The translations under genes were made by a program, and so were the position numbers. Positions 36,401 through 49,974 of a stretch of 64,000 nt of DNA are shown in pieces. Origin of the DNA: Styela clava (taxonomy: Eukaryota); contig NC_135264.1 of assembly GCF_964204865.1 (NCBI RefSeq), forward strand, positions 3,968,001 through 4,032,000, in the 5' to 3' direction. A model generated the notes under the pieces. That model saw only the letters and a list, made by a program, of their open reading frames with translations. It was not told the DNA's origin and made no database searches. The stretch's first letter is position 1. Each line of letters starts with the position of its first letter.

Positions 36401-39325
36401 TGAAAGGAAATAGTATAGCTTTGTAAGTCATTCATATCAAATATTAAAGAGTTTCTGTTGATGAACAAGTAGTACCGCCGTTGATTGATAAAGCAATCCC
36501 GTTGAAGTAAGTCTAATCGGTCATTCTGAATAAATTTGTTCCGGTACCTCCAGTCGATAATACAAAATGATGATTAGCGATCTCAAAACTAGAATATTCC
36601 TGTTAATGTCGGAAGTACTTAACGAATAATAAAATATTCGACCATGTCGGCCGAAAACTGGAAAATTTACTCCACTCAAGCTCAGAAAATATATTTCAAA
36701 TTTATTCTGAAGTTGTAAGTTGGGGTTTCAACTTATTGATTAATGATTACAAAATTTTGAAGTATCAATCCATTTTGCATTGGTTAAAAAGAGGCGAAGA
36801 AATAAGAACCAAACAAAAATAATATTTTTGATGGCCTGTTTCTTCTCTCGTTCCAATATTAATACACATTTTCAGTTAGAGACTTCGTCATGTCAATCTG
36901 GATTCTGGATTTTTATTTAACCCTCTATTGTCAGATGTTAAAGTTTGGCAACAAGTGGACTTGTTCTTATGCTTGAAATCCCACACATCTGCGATTCACA
37001 ATCAATTATTTTTTGTAGCATAATATATATTTCAAAATTTATCGTTATCTATCGTTTGCTTGTCACTTGGAGCTTTTAAACTTTCAAAAACTTTGGATAT
37101 CGATTATATTTTGCCAGATATAAAAATTTTATGTACCTTTAAGGCGTCGGAAGTTTTGAAATACTGTGTGTTATCTATCCTCCTTATCTTTTGCTGATTT
37201 TGTATAGTGATTGAAATTATGTTAAAATATACAATCAAATTCATTTATTCCGTTCTGTACTTTTTCCTAAATATCTTTTTGTTATGCATGCCGTTGTTGC
37301 TCGACTGGTTGTTGTGAATATTACAAAAAATGTTATGTAGCCCGTGGATAGGTTAACTATTGTTTACGGATCCCCACAATGAATTTATAACAATAAAAAC
37401 AAAAAAACACAAGCTTTACTTAAAATATTCAGAATCAAAATACTAAACTATTCTTGATAAGGTTAATTACAAGCTAAAAATACATCTAAATTTCACAGAT
37501 AATGTTTAACGATGTAATTTTGGCACTTGACAAACATTTAATAAAGTAGTGACAAAATGTGCCAACAAGAGGGTAATTGAAATATGAAATCATCTATTGG
37601 ATAACTTATAGATAATGTAGTATTTGAATTAACGCCTAGTTGGCCGATTTCGACGCTACCGTTGTGAAATTTCATTACTTCCGTTATTGCTTCTTTGGAC
37701 AGTGACAAAATTAGCAAGTCTGTATTTTAAATAAATAAACGAATAGCTTGGGGAGCCTCTAGGTTTGGGGCTCCATATGGAGGACTTTGAGAACCTATGG
37801 TGTATATGGTGTTTCTAATTGATGCATTTTCTTTTTTGAAAATTTACTTCACAAATCAATGCAGCCTACAGATTCAACGTTTATCATGTCTTGGCTACAT
37901 GGCATAACTAATCACGATCAAGATAGAAATTTGAGTTTTATACGCCCAATGCCAAAAGTCCCAGCAGCTTGATAGCTCCCCCAGACTCGGGACGAGGTCA
38001 ATGGTTTTCTATTGAAAAATTCGTAATTGAAATAAGAACTGGGATTATATATTATGAGTACACAAATGGTATTTAGACGTATTTTTGGATTTATTTTTTC
38101 ATCTGTCATTTGTAAGCATACAAAATTTGACATCCGCAAATAAGGCTTATTATAGTCTGGCAGGTAGGTAAATAGCAAAAGTACAAAACAAGACTCTATT
38201 GGAAGTTGTTTCCAAATTAGACGTGAGAATTTTAATTGATACAAGCCGATTTTGTTTGCATGTTCATAAATGATCAACCCACTATTTTACAATTTGTTCC
38301 AATCTCAGGAAACACTCATACAAAACCCGACTACAAAAAGATAATAACAGACCATATGGAGAGTTTGTAATCGTGGGAAACCGTCACACATATTCATTAT
38401 GTTATTTTACGCTGAAACAGATTATGCTTTTATTTAAAAAACAATGAATTCACAGGCAGGTAGAATTGTTTTATCTACATTTGTTATGCACGTTAATCTT
38501 TAGTCATCGCAAAATATGCTTATCAATATTAATGCCAATGGGAAGACCTTTTCTTTACCAAAAACTTTTTATTCGCTTCTTAGGTGATTTATGGTATATT
38601 GTCGAATGTTAGCTAAGTGAATAACGCATCCATAAACATAACAATATTGCTCAACAATATGTATGTGTCGAGGCAAAGTTTTATTATGATAATTTAAGAT
38701 ATAATATTCCCACTAACATTTGACATTCATGAGTGATATAATAATACTGAGATTACCAAGGAATTGCATATCAAAACACTACTTTGGCCGAAACGTGAAT
38801 AATCAGATATCATGCCAGATGGGATGACATGGAATTCGTATTACGAGACTTTTGCGAACATGAAAAATCATGTTTTTCTCAAAATACAATTATACCACGG
38901 CGTCATCGAAGAGAATACTATTTATGCTACGTCATTCATTATCTTGTTTATGCCACTTTTTGTCAATATATAGAAAGATTCTAGTTTGATAAAATAAGGT
39001 GTAAGACTTTCAGAACGCTGACATCGTAAACTTCAAGGATATTAGAGTCCTATATTAACACATAAATGGTGAGATCCTGTTTGATTTGTTTTCGTTTTTT
39101 ATTGAGAAAAATTTTACTTTCAAAATTTCCAATACTGTAGTTTATCGAACCCATCCAACTTCAAACCTCTGCCATCCACGTTGTTCCCACGAGACAGAAA
39201 CCGGAATTTATGAGGAATACGTGACTGTTTTTATCTACAGATTGAATTCCGTGTTGTGTTCATATTCGAGTTTAATTTTTTGACCAACAAATTATATAAA
39301 GGCTCAATATATATGAAAAAATGGT

Positions 39326-39432
39326 GCTCCCGAAGTATTCGTACCAAGATGGCGCACAACCTGAACATAGTATGTGTACCAGGTTAGGGTTGTTCAGGTT
39401 GTGCGTCATCTGGGTAAGAATACTTCCGGAGC
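39326..39432. mobile_element. Short hairpin derivative of the TTAGGG-containing MITE family
   Basis: gctcccgaagtattcgtaccaagatggcgcacaacctgaac...gttcaggttgtgcgtcatctgggtaagaatacttccggagc is an inverted repeat. It shares ccaagatgg and tagtatgtgtaccaggttagggtt with 3241-3473. Confidence 0.7.
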
Positions 39433-40909
39433 GATAAAAAAATTAACTGCGGGACTATTTTGAGAGTTCAGTCATATGTTATGGCAGATTGTTGCTGTCA
39501 TTCAAGCAAACGAAATCCGTCTTTATCCTGTATAACATCCGTCTTTATACCACTATAATATTATGTTTACGCAGTCCTATTTTGTATTGTAGGAGTACTT
39601 TTTTACAGTTTTTATTCATTCAACCTGCTGAAAATAAAATAGTAAGTATCTGAAACATAAGACTTTTACTGAATTGCATTCCGGTGCAAAAATGATAATT
39701 GGGTATTCTGGCAATTCTGACAAAAAAAAAACATACACTAATGTTTTATCACAAACATTAACTTGTTATTTCGTACTCATGCAAAACAAAAGCAACCATT
39801 TCGGATTGAAATTTTTGTTCTGTTTATTTAAAACAGAGCAATTTAATACAGTTCATTTCATCAATATGGCTTTAAATTCACTCAATAATCAAATTTGAAT
39901 TTTGCAGTATCAATTTACATAATCGTATGACGTCAATGGGTATATGTGGAGAACTCATTTAAGTCATCGCTGTCATACGTTGACCGTCTTCTTCATCTAG
40001 TTTCTTGTCACTAACCATATAAATAATGATATCATGTTATAGCGGGTTTATGCAACCGAATTCATATGAAATTTCGTCATATGTTAATATGATATATACA
40101 ACTTTTTTGAAGTTAGGCAAAAAATATCACTAACAAACATACCAACAGTAATCCTATAAAACATGTACATCAATATTGTTAGCTTCGTCGATATAACTAG
40201 GTGAGGCGGAAGAATTTTAGGGCACATGTTGGAAGATGCCTCTCTAGCACCAATTGAAGGTTATTTCAAAATTGGCCATAGTCTTTAGGGGCAAGATATC
40301 GATCATGCTATACATGAAATATGTTTGTTCAAAATGTTACGAATACAAATCTCAAATATATAGACAAATAGTATTCCCGAACACATTTTCTAACAGCGCT
40401 AAGATATATAGCATTTTGCATGTAACATGTCAATAAATATATATATATATATCCAATTGAGAGAACGATACCATTTTACAGCTAATTTGCATATACACAT
40501 TACTAAAAGTAATTAACTTCAGAAAAAATTGGTATATAGTGATATAACAATGAATTCTATGATGTTCAAATTGTAACATCTATGTAGTTACCACCCATAA
40601 ATAAATGTAATGATAACAATAACTTTACAATGAATATGTTGTACATAAGCTATTCTTGAAAAATCTCCTCAGGTGCGGTACAAAAAGTAAATTGCACCCA
40701 ATATTGTCTGCCAGTAACAATATGAAATTCAATACTCCTTTCTGGTAAGAAATGAGCACCCTGCATAAATTAAAGTACCAAAATACGTGCTTAAAACGTC
40801 TCCCCAAATCGCTATTTTGTCTGGTATTAATTTTTAGGGTACATGTATATATTGTGATATTTCCCTCGTCATTTTCGTAGTGCGAGGTCGTCATACAGTA
40901 AGCTGCTGT

Positions 40910-41428
40910 TCATTTCTTAGTTTTTCTGAACCATGAACTCGATCGTTTGGAACTGGTACTTTTTGTGAGAGCTAATTCATCATCGATAGTTGCATAGATT
41001 GGTTCTTTTTTAATCCTTTGTTCTTCTAATTTTCCCCAAGTTTCGGTGCCGGTAGTACACATTTTTACATAACTTCCAGTATGATTCATACTGATATTGG
41101 AACTTGTAGTTTTTGAAATTGGATTCATGAAGTGTTCAATCATTAGATTATTACATTCAGTCGATTTTGTGATAATATCTTCCTTTCTGATTTCAGTTTT
41201 TATATAGTCGGTTGACAATCTATTTAAATCGATTGTTCTGAATAACAGAGGTAGTGCTTCCGATCTTGTAGCCTTGAAGTCATTGTAATTTACCCAGATT
41301 CGAATCGCCTCCCATTTTATTTCTTCTGATGGAAATACAGAATCATGTGTTTTAATGTAAATTAGTATGTCTTTTTCAGAAAAAATTTTGAAACCTTCAG
41401 TGTTGAAAAATCGAACGAAGTCTGCCAT
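40910..41428 (-). CDS. BACK-domain-only protein A1 with Tyr-motif tail (YVKM, EPIYATIDD), 172 aa
   Basis: Uninterrupted ORF. The BACK pattern is visible: EGFKIFS...VFPSEEIKWEAIRIWVNY...LPLLFRTIDLNRLS...ECNNLM. No BTB domain or Kelch repeats in the ORF. Confidence 0.75.
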   Translation of the reverse strand: MADFVRFFNTEGFKIFSEKDILIYIKTHDSVFPSEEIKWEAIRIWVNYNDFKATRSEALPLLFRTIDLNRLSTDYIKTEIRKEDIITKSTECNNLMIEHFMNPISKTTSSNISMNHTGSYVKMCTTGTETWGKLEEQRIKKEPIYATIDDELALTKSTSSKRSSSWFRKTKK

Positions 41429-42175
41429 AGGATTAGTTATATCTTTATCTGTTCAATAATATTAAATGACTAAATAAAAATAAATCAAGTTATTGAATTT
41501 TTTTAATTGAAATTCAAAATTCAAGGTCAAGGGAACTTTCTTCGCAAATACATAGAACTTATTGTCCGTTCATGCAAACTTTCGCATAATTAATCAATTG
41601 TTGATTCTAACGATTTTACAATTTGTAATAAATATAAATCAGAATTTTAACAAATTCAAATTTGACAAATAAAATATTTTAAATTAATCATCGAGAACTG
41701 CTGAACAGATTCATATGCATTATTTAGCACGATTGTAAATTTTGTCGAATATTGGCAAATACTCCAGCGTAATTGTTAAATGCTTGATTATATACTATAT
41801 ATTGGAACATACACTGAGATGTTGCCCTAAAAAAATGGCGTAATCGATGTTGCAAAACCAAGTAAAATAACTCCGTTTATAATATATTCATTCAGATCAA
41901 TCTTTATTATATACAATGAACGTTTTGGAGGAGACATTTTGTAACTGGAAAGAAATCTTTTTTCCATCAGAATTTGATATATTATTGAATAACAAGACAA
42001 ATTATTAGGCAATTGTTTCATAAATCATTCTCTAACATTCGAATTATTACTTGATTAAATAAATTTATGTTTTTTTTATCGAGGTGTCCCAGCAATAAAT
42101 ATGTCATTAAAACATTTTTTGAAATTCGATCATTCAAACAAATGCAACCAATAGAGTTAAATTTTATAAAAATGT

Positions 42176-42628
42176 TTAATTCTTGTCCTTGTTGCGTAGG
42201 CTTGTACGCGCTTCAATTTTAGGGTGACCATTCACGCCGTCGATATCCTCATAAATCCGATCATTACTTTTGCCGTCTTTTGATTTCGCCATTGTATTAG
42301 ATGGAGACATTGGCACATACTGTGAATCCATAACGTGATCAAGTAGCAAATTTGAACATTCAACTGATGTTTTAACCATTATGTCAGATCTGATAGTAAT
42401 TAGGGATTCTCTTGATAATTGACTCAAGTCAATCATTTTGAATAGCGTTGGCAATGTTTCTGACTTATTACTTTTTTGACTTTCGTGGTTGATCCATATT
42501 TGAATGGCCTTCCATCTGATTTCTTCTGATGGAAATACAGCATCGTGTGTTTGAAAATATACCTGGATGTCTTTCTCTGATAAGTTTTTATAACCTTCAG
42601 TATCGAAAAAGTCATTCAAATTCGCCAT
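42176..42628 (-). CDS. BACK-domain-only protein B1 with Tyr-motif tail (YVPM, IYEDID), 150 aa from the ATG
   Basis: Paralog of A1, roughly half identical over the first ~100 aa. Its ATG at 42628 aligns with the A1 start (MANLNDFF / MADFVRFF). The ORF-track start at 42634 is a TTG. Confidence 0.75.
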   Translation of the reverse strand: MANLNDFFDTEGYKNLSEKDIQVYFQTHDAVFPSEEIRWKAIQIWINHESQKSNKSETLPTLFKMIDLSQLSRESLITIRSDIMVKTSVECSNLLLDHVMDSQYVPMSPSNTMAKSKDGKSNDRIYEDIDGVNGHPKIEARTSLRNKDKN

Positions 42629-43002
42629 GATCAAAAAGTTATGAAGCTTTATTTCTGAAGGGAGAAAACTAAACGCAAATTGAAAGACAAATTTTTTTTT
42701 TATAGCAGTTTAGTAGAAGTAGCAATCATGCATGACATTATCAATAAATAGTGTGTGTGGTCATGGGTTGAAATTAAACATGAATTAGCATCACAAATAC
42801 TGAATTTATAAAGTGTTTACATTCAATCATGATTAGTTTACGTTATTTAAATTAGACGCAGTTTAAATCCATGATAGTTCAATTACATACAAAGCTTCCT
42901 TATTTGAAGAATTATGCTTCGTAATAAGCCCTGGCAAATCTTTGAGAGCACTTTTAAGAGCAATCTTAGAAACAATACGAACGAATTTTCAAACATAAAT
43001 TG

Positions 43003-43164
43003 ATTGACTTGGCAATATTTGTACATCACCTTAATGGCTGTACTTGTATATTGATTTGGATATATATACATATGACTTGGCAGTATATGTATATTTGGTT
43101 GACTGTATATGTACCGGTATATGAGTTGGCGGTATATGCATATTCTTGGCAGTATAAGTATGGC
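43003..43164. repeat. Degenerate ~22-bp minisatellite (second copy at ~52764-52925)
   Basis: Recurring tatgacttggcagtatatgta-like units. Confidence 0.55.
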
Positions 43165-43694
43165 TAGGGTTACCATATTTATGCTCCATATATTACCACT
43201 TCAGAGTGCGACGTCTGTAAAGACAACGACCCTTTAGCTGTGATTTTGTAACTTTACATTTTCTGATTTTAATATATAGGCCTATATTCAAAGCTACCCC
43301 GGCTGTCTTCATTGACCATATTGTCATCGAGAATTCATGCGCATATACGCTGTCCAAATCTCGGGTTCAGTTCGAAAAATAGAAATGAATTGACGTTAAC
43401 GATACAGGTACAAATAATTCGTATTTAGACTAGTTAGTATTGGTTTTACATGCAATACGTTTTCCAACAATGTTAGCGGGAAACAAGGAAACCAACGCCT
43501 TCACCTTCAGTAAGTAGGCTAGCGCTGCGCTACAAAGAAACAACAGTAACAAAAACATGTTCGTGTTCTGTATTATGCTGGATAGCTGAACGCCAAAGCG
43601 GGACGGCGGGACAAGACGCTGAAAAGCGGGACGGCGGGACAAGACGCTGAAAAGCGGGACTGTCCCGCCTAAAGCGGGACGTATGATAAACTTA
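43165..43694. mobile_element. hAT-type MITE (duplicate at 52926-53427)
   Basis: Left TIR tagggttaccata, decayed right TIR tatgataaactta, a 7/8-matching TSD agtatggc/tgtatggc, and subterminal gcgggac repeats. Confidence 0.65.
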
Positions 43695-44911
43695 TGTATG
43701 GCACGTTACCAATCCTATCGCCTGTGCTTAGTTTGTGAAAACAAATGACGAAACATCAACCAATTTGCTAATTGACCAATAGGAAAGAATTCGCCTTTGC
43801 AATAATTTTATTGCGCATTCATTTTATGCACAATCTTCATTATTTATATTCTAGTATTACATGTTTCGGATAAATTTATACTTTCCACCGTTTCGTCTAA
43901 ATGTACTTTTAACTACGACATCATATGCCATTCTTGGTATACTGTTGTTTACGTTTGGACATCTTTCTTCTAACTTGATGACAATACGCATTTAAATATT
44001 ACAATACAAATATAGTTATCTAGAATTTGGAAACATTTTATTTCTTGCAAAATCTCACTTTGTTAACTTTGACTTTGTTATTCTTGAACATTATAAGACC
44101 TTTTCATCAAGCACAAGTTTCCGCAATGTTACTGGCTGCTCTTCAACTAAAATTGATTACAACTCTTCAGTAATTATACAGCTGATTGCTCAACTGGTTT
44201 ATTTGTTAAGTCGCGAATATTTTCTTATCAATTGTTGACTTTTATCCGGATTTACTTTTGGGCAAATATCTATCGTATATGTATCGCGCTATCGATGAAG
44301 ATGTTTGACAATATCAAACTGTTTCTTTTTTGTAATGAATATCATCCCCATGCGTTAATAATTACACTTAATGTCTAATTACACTACGCGTTGCAATATG
44401 CTATATGCCAGTGAAGGATTACAAAGTGTCTCCATTAATGTTGAGCTCTGAAACTCGACTACCAGCTGACTGTGTAAAAACACGATTTGCTTGTTATGTG
44501 CCTGAAAGATACATGCGTATCGAGACCCTCTATTAGAGAGCGGTATTAATGTTATAGATATATACTGGCAGTTATAAACAATACAAAATATGCAACTCGA
44601 TGACTATCAAAACTTCAGCATCTAAAACAGCGCGGCATCATGTACGAGCACTGCGTAAAAAGGTCATATGTGATGTCATACAACATAGGTTGTAAGCACA
44701 ATTAAACAATATGCTTCATATGGAAGTTTCCCTGAGCATCGACTTTCTTCTTTGCCTCAGTAACAATTGCTAATCAGCAAGATGCAAAAAGTGAGGGAAC
44801 AATAAACGTTTCAGCAGCCAGAAACTTCTGTTACTTAGGCAGAATTTTAAATGTGGTTTTAAATATTACCTCGTTTTCGTGTTTTTGCGTTAGTTTTTTT
44901 AATCTTATGAA

Positions 44912-47900
44912 TAGGGATGTAAGTTTCGAATATTTTTTTTTTCGAATCGAATACCGAATATTTTTTTTTCGAATCGAATATTTCCGAATCGATTCTGATT
45001 AATACAACATCACTTTTTCTTTGACTTTATTCAACACACACAAGGTTATTTTTCAGTAAACACGCATATTAATACATGCACGCATAATAATGTTCAATTG
45101 AGGTGAACAATAAACTAGCAATCATTCACTGCTGCATCAAACTTCGGTTGCAGTGCAAGAAGTTTAACTCATTTACGTGTGTACCACTGAGTCTGGTTCT
45201 TAATCTGGAAACTGTCAAACCAGCAGAAGAGAAGGCTCTCTCCGCTGGTGCTGACGTACACGGTATAGCCAAGTACCGATTGGCCATTTTGTGTAGGGAT
45301 GGAGAATCAGTTTTTCGGGCATGCCACCACAATAATGGGTTTAACCGCTCTGTATTTCTGTCCAATTTCTCTTTCAAGTACTGTGAAATTTCCTCCGACA
45401 CTTTAGATGCATATCCTTCCGATTCAGACGAGCTTGACTGTTCAATCCCTATCGAAAAGAGTCCTTGGAGAGAATTTTGTTCCACCTCTGGAGCAGTAAC
45501 CGCAGAAGGTTCAACGTGTATTTCATCTTGTATTTCTGGCATTGAAGCTTCAGTGGCTTCCATTTCTAGAGAAACTCTGACCTTGAAACACAAAAAATAT
45601 TATATGGGTTTGTACAAGTCTATAAATGATATGAAAGGGATAATGTTAGTTGAACCACTTGTATAACTCACACAATGAACAACAGAATCCAGAATACTAC
45701 CAACACATGTAAAAGAAAAAATCACAGTTGCAAATTAGGAACATCACAGCCTATGCGTTTGAAAGAGTAATTTTGACCTGACTTCACAAATTTAAGAAAT
45801 ACAATGGTATACCAGATTTTAAGTGAATATTACCTGGACTCTGAAAGAACGATCAAAAAATTTCCCTTTATGACAAGGATGGAGCCATGTTGCTTTTTGG
45901 AACAAGTTGACCTCTTCTTGACTGGGTGTTTCCAGTATAGAACGAAATCGAAGTTTGAGAGAATTTATGAGAGTGTTGCAAAATTCATTCGTAATAGCTG
46001 ATAGTGTCCCACCCTCATTTCTCTTTTCCTCACAATGGCCCAACAGCCCTTTTGTGAGAGGAATCAAAGAGGAAACTGTTACATAGTCACCTTCAAGATG
46101 GTCAGAGGCAGCCTGTCAAAATATGAAACAAATAATTTTATTGCATACATATATGTGCTAACAAATATCAAGAGATATGCAAAGTAATTTACACTACCTT
46201 GAAGGGTTCTAAAATCTCTGCTAGCACTGTAAGCATATTCCATGTTGTTTCACCTAATTCCAGGTGACTTGCTGCTGTTCTAGGAGTAATTGTTGGGTCA
46301 CATAATACAGATCGAATAGTCCATTGATGAGAGATCAAATTTTTTATCATAACATAAGTGGAATTCCATCTTGTAGATACGTCGATTGGCATTTCTATTG
46401 AAGGAGATGTGCCATCCTGAGCATGTCGATGTCTTAAAGTTGTCATAGCTTTCGTTGATCGGCGAAAGTACTGCACCAAATGACGAGCTCCAGCTGCAAA
46501 AACGAAGAAATTATTGCACTTAACAATACAAATGCTTACAATGAAATAATAACCTATGCAGATTAAAAAATATGCATTTTTTCTCTCATAAATTAGGTTT
46601 TTACAAAGACAAGTAATTTTAGTTAATAAACCTTTTCAACATAAATTAAAATCACCTAATGCATGAGATATTTCTTCAATTTTTAAGCCATCTTTGATGC
46701 AGAGCTGAATCGTATGTGCAGCGCATCTAATATGGTACCAACCATATTCTTCGTAAAGTGAACGACAAGCTGACACCACATTTGCTCCATTATCTGTTGT
46801 CACTGAGAGCACCTTTGTCGGGCTGATATCAAACTCACTCAATGATTTTAAAATTTCTGATTTTATATTTTCTGCCGTTTGAGCCTCATCCATCTGTTCT
46901 GTTGTCAATACATACTTGAGTAATTGACCATCGCTCGGATCTACGAAATGGGCAGTGACAGTTATATATGCTTGCATTCTTGCACTGGTCCACATGTCTG
47001 TTGTAAGTGAGACAGATTTTTCTTTTATGGCCCCTAGTATGTTAATAAGCTTTTCTTTACATTCTTTATACCTCCTTTCAATATGTTTAGTTACAGTGTT
47101 ACGCCCGGGTAATACATAGCCTGGCTGTAAGTGATGTATCAGTGAACGAAAATGCTGTCCCTCAACAAGGTTTATTGGCCGGAGGTCTCCAACAATAACT
47201 TCAGTTATCAATCTATCTATTGTCTCACACTGACCCTTAGTTATTGGCTTTAAATAGGCAGTCAAGCTGCTTTGCTGAACTGAAGAAGTTCTGGAATTAA
47301 AAGAACAACAGGTTAACCTCATCTCAAGACTGCAAGAGGACTTGTTGAATAAAGTCCACTATCCAGACTATCTGACTACAGGACTATGTTTCACCAAAAA
47401 CTACAGACAGGCAGAACTACTGACAGACTGAACTAACAGAAATTCATAGCATGTAGCGGCTTAAGCGGACGAAAATTAGAAAACAAAAAGATAAATATAC
47501 GGGTGTACAGGATAAATATGTTAATCCTATCCTAAGCTATTGACTTACCCAGCATGAACAATGTTTCGGGGAGCAAAGGTGTCCTCACATGTAGGCCTAT
47601 CCTTCACGTCCTTAGGCCGGATATGGCTTGAAATGCCAGTTGAGGCGGTCACAAACGTATGCTTCCTCCGTAAATGGTTTAGCAAGTTTCCGGTAGTGTT
47701 TTGATACACAAATTTTTCCTTGCAAACAGAGCACAAGGTGTAAAATGTGCCATTTTCCTCCAGCGGCGTACAGAAATAATTCCACACAACAGACGTCGGC
47801 CGCCTACCCTGTTTTCTGATACCGGGTTTCGACTTCTTATTGATGTTTTGCATCTATCAGTTTATGAAATACACGTTTGAAACATACGATGGCATTACAA

Positions 47901-48210
47901 ATGCACGAAGCGACTAAAATAAACGTGCGGAGCTCGCTCGCAGCCACAATAAACATGTCTAAACCAGTCACTTTGGTCTAAACTTGTCCCGGCGACATAG
48001 ATAAATAGTCGATAAGGCGCAATTTTAACAATTAATCGATTTTATTCGCTGGCCAACGTGACGTTAGTCTTACGACGCGGAGAATGCATTGTTTCAATTG
48101 ATTTTTTTTTAATCAGAATCACGGCTCTTTTTTGAAAATTGCTTCGAATCGATTCGAATCAGATTTGATTCGAATCGATTCGATTCGAAATTCTGAAACT
48201 TACATCCCTA
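44912..48210 (-). mobile_element. Full-length autonomous hAT (Ac/ZBED1-like) DNA transposon, 3299 bp
   Basis: Perfect 16-bp TIRs tagggatgtaagtttc / gaaacttacatcccta, a perfect 8-bp TSD cttatgaa (44904-44911 and 48211-48218), subterminal tcgaat/attcga arrays, and an empty site in the paralogous copy. Confidence 0.97.
45126..47853 (-). CDS. hAT transposase with BED zinc finger, ~656 aa, 5 exons
   Basis: Exons 47853-47549, 47290-46656, 46493-46198, 46112-45834 and 45581-45126 (the last acceptor is AAG and less certain) splice to one open frame. BED finger VWNYF...CSVC...HLRRKH; catalytic TTDMWT, TTDNGAN, CAAH, RWNST and SAPAERAFS; C-terminal dimerisation domain PLLWW. Confidence 0.9.
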
Positions 48211-48899
48211 CTTATGAATCATAATGATGGTTTAAAACATAAAAATAGTTGATAGGCTCTAACTCGCGAAACCGCTCTTAATATAAACACCAAAAATTTT
48301 GAAATGATATATTATGGGAAGAATTTTCCTGGGGTCAAAGGTCGGAGAAACATCCATTGACGGATACGTTACGGCTACGCGGTTGTCCTAGCTCCATAGG
48401 TCTGTGACGATGGCGATTCTTTCATATACACCCAGTCTAAAGGTGAATCAAAATACCAGTACTGTTAAAGCTATTTGAATGTTGGAATCTTACAAATTAT
48501 CCCCAATTTGATTAAAATCATGGATACAAGTTTATTTTCCAATTTTCTAAGAATGAGTTTCATAAGTAACACATTACACAATTCAAGTGTGCGGAAATAT
48601 GTTATTGTTTCAGCGATTATCAACTCATTTGAGATATTCTACGTCGTTAAAAAACTCCCGAATTCGCAAAGCATAAAATCGCGAGTGCGATCGTAGAACA
48701 GCCACACGATGCACAGTTTTTAATTTTGATGACGTCAGCACACAAATCTTTAAAGTAAAAAACGAACCCACAGAAGTAATGGACTTATAGTGACAATAAC
48801 ACCCTTCAACTACCAAACAATTGAAAGCAATTGGCGATTTATTCGAGGTTCATTAATAAAGACTATCTGCGAGGCAGACTTCAATTTGTTGAAGTTGAC

Positions 48900-49720
48900 A
48901 CTAATCGTTCCCAATTTTTTCGAATCGAAACTGGAGTAATTCAAGGATCCTGCCCTGGTCCATTATTATTCATATTTCATTTATAAACGACATCTACATT
49001 CCTCTGATTTTATGAAAAAATTATTTGCTGATGGTGACACTGGTCTTCTCAGCAGTTCCAAATCTTCAACGGACCTCCAAAACATGTTAGTCTAGAAATA
49101 AAAATCGCAACTACAACAAAACACCCCTGAAAATCAAAATCAATGGAATGAAGATTGAGGTGTATCTTCATATAAATATCTAGGATTAAACATAGATTGT
49201 CGTTTAAAGTGGGGAGTACACATCAATGAAACGCTCAGTAGGCATTTCGAGCAAACTTTAACATTACTCAGAAAGAAACACTCTGAGATAGTCTATTATT
49301 TTTACTTTAAAGCCTATGTCCAATATGTAGTTGTTGCTTGGGGATCGGCCTCCAAGTAGAAACATAATCCCTTATAGGCCTACTGCTCATGTTAACATGA
49401 ATATCATGTACTGCATAACTGGTCTCCTCAAATATACCGATATTTATCAGCTGGGAATTTGTAAATTGATGCAACAATTCCCTAATAACTATTTCGCCAA
49501 GCAAATCAGTGTTCACGATTATAACACCAGATCAGCATCACTATCATCATTCCACGTACCCCGTCAGACTTAATCTAATACTCAAAATTCATTTAAATAT
49601 AATAGTGTTACCATGTGGAAACTTGTCGGCTTACTTCGAATGTTTGTAACAACTTGACTGGGAATGATTTCTGTTGGCACCGCATGGCGAAAACGAATGA
49701 AAAAACCATCTTAATGAGTA
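48900..49720 (+). pseudogene. Degenerate non-LTR retrotransposon (CR1/L2-like) reverse-transcriptase 3' fragment
   Basis: Frameshifted motifs TGVIQGSCPGPLLF, IND, KLFADGDT, YKYLGLNIDCRLKWGVHI, VAWGSAS and HDYNTRS. Confidence 0.75.
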
Positions 49721-49974
49721 CTGACCTAGTAAATATTTTATAATTGCGATAATCGATTATTACATTACAAATTTGGGCCACTAACTTTCTCATTTTCATA
49801 TTACTTGTCTCCTTATATATACTCGTATATACAAGCCAACCCAACGATGTGATGTTAATGCAATTATGGACGTACCCAATAGATAACGAACAGGCGTAAA
49901 CAGGGTTCGTCTGATTCAGTATATTTTTTATTCTTAATTTCACTCGAATCTCAAACATGTGCAATATAGTCCTT

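Noticed and set aside
40625-40894. 89-aa ORF and its 86-aa twin at 50395-50655; also 41827-42021 and 42883-43176 and their twins
   Set aside because: Their recurrence is due only to the recent duplication. They overlap probable 3' UTRs or a minisatellite, and one substitution already shifts a stop codon.
40979-41005. Horizontal transfer from Helicobacter cagA as the origin of EPIYATIDD
   Set aside because: Similarity is limited to 9 residues in an otherwise animal BACK-domain gene with host-like composition. Convergence on an SH2-binding motif is more parsimonious.
45103-45666. 187-aa plus-strand ORF
   Set aside because: It is the antisense shadow of the last transposase exon.
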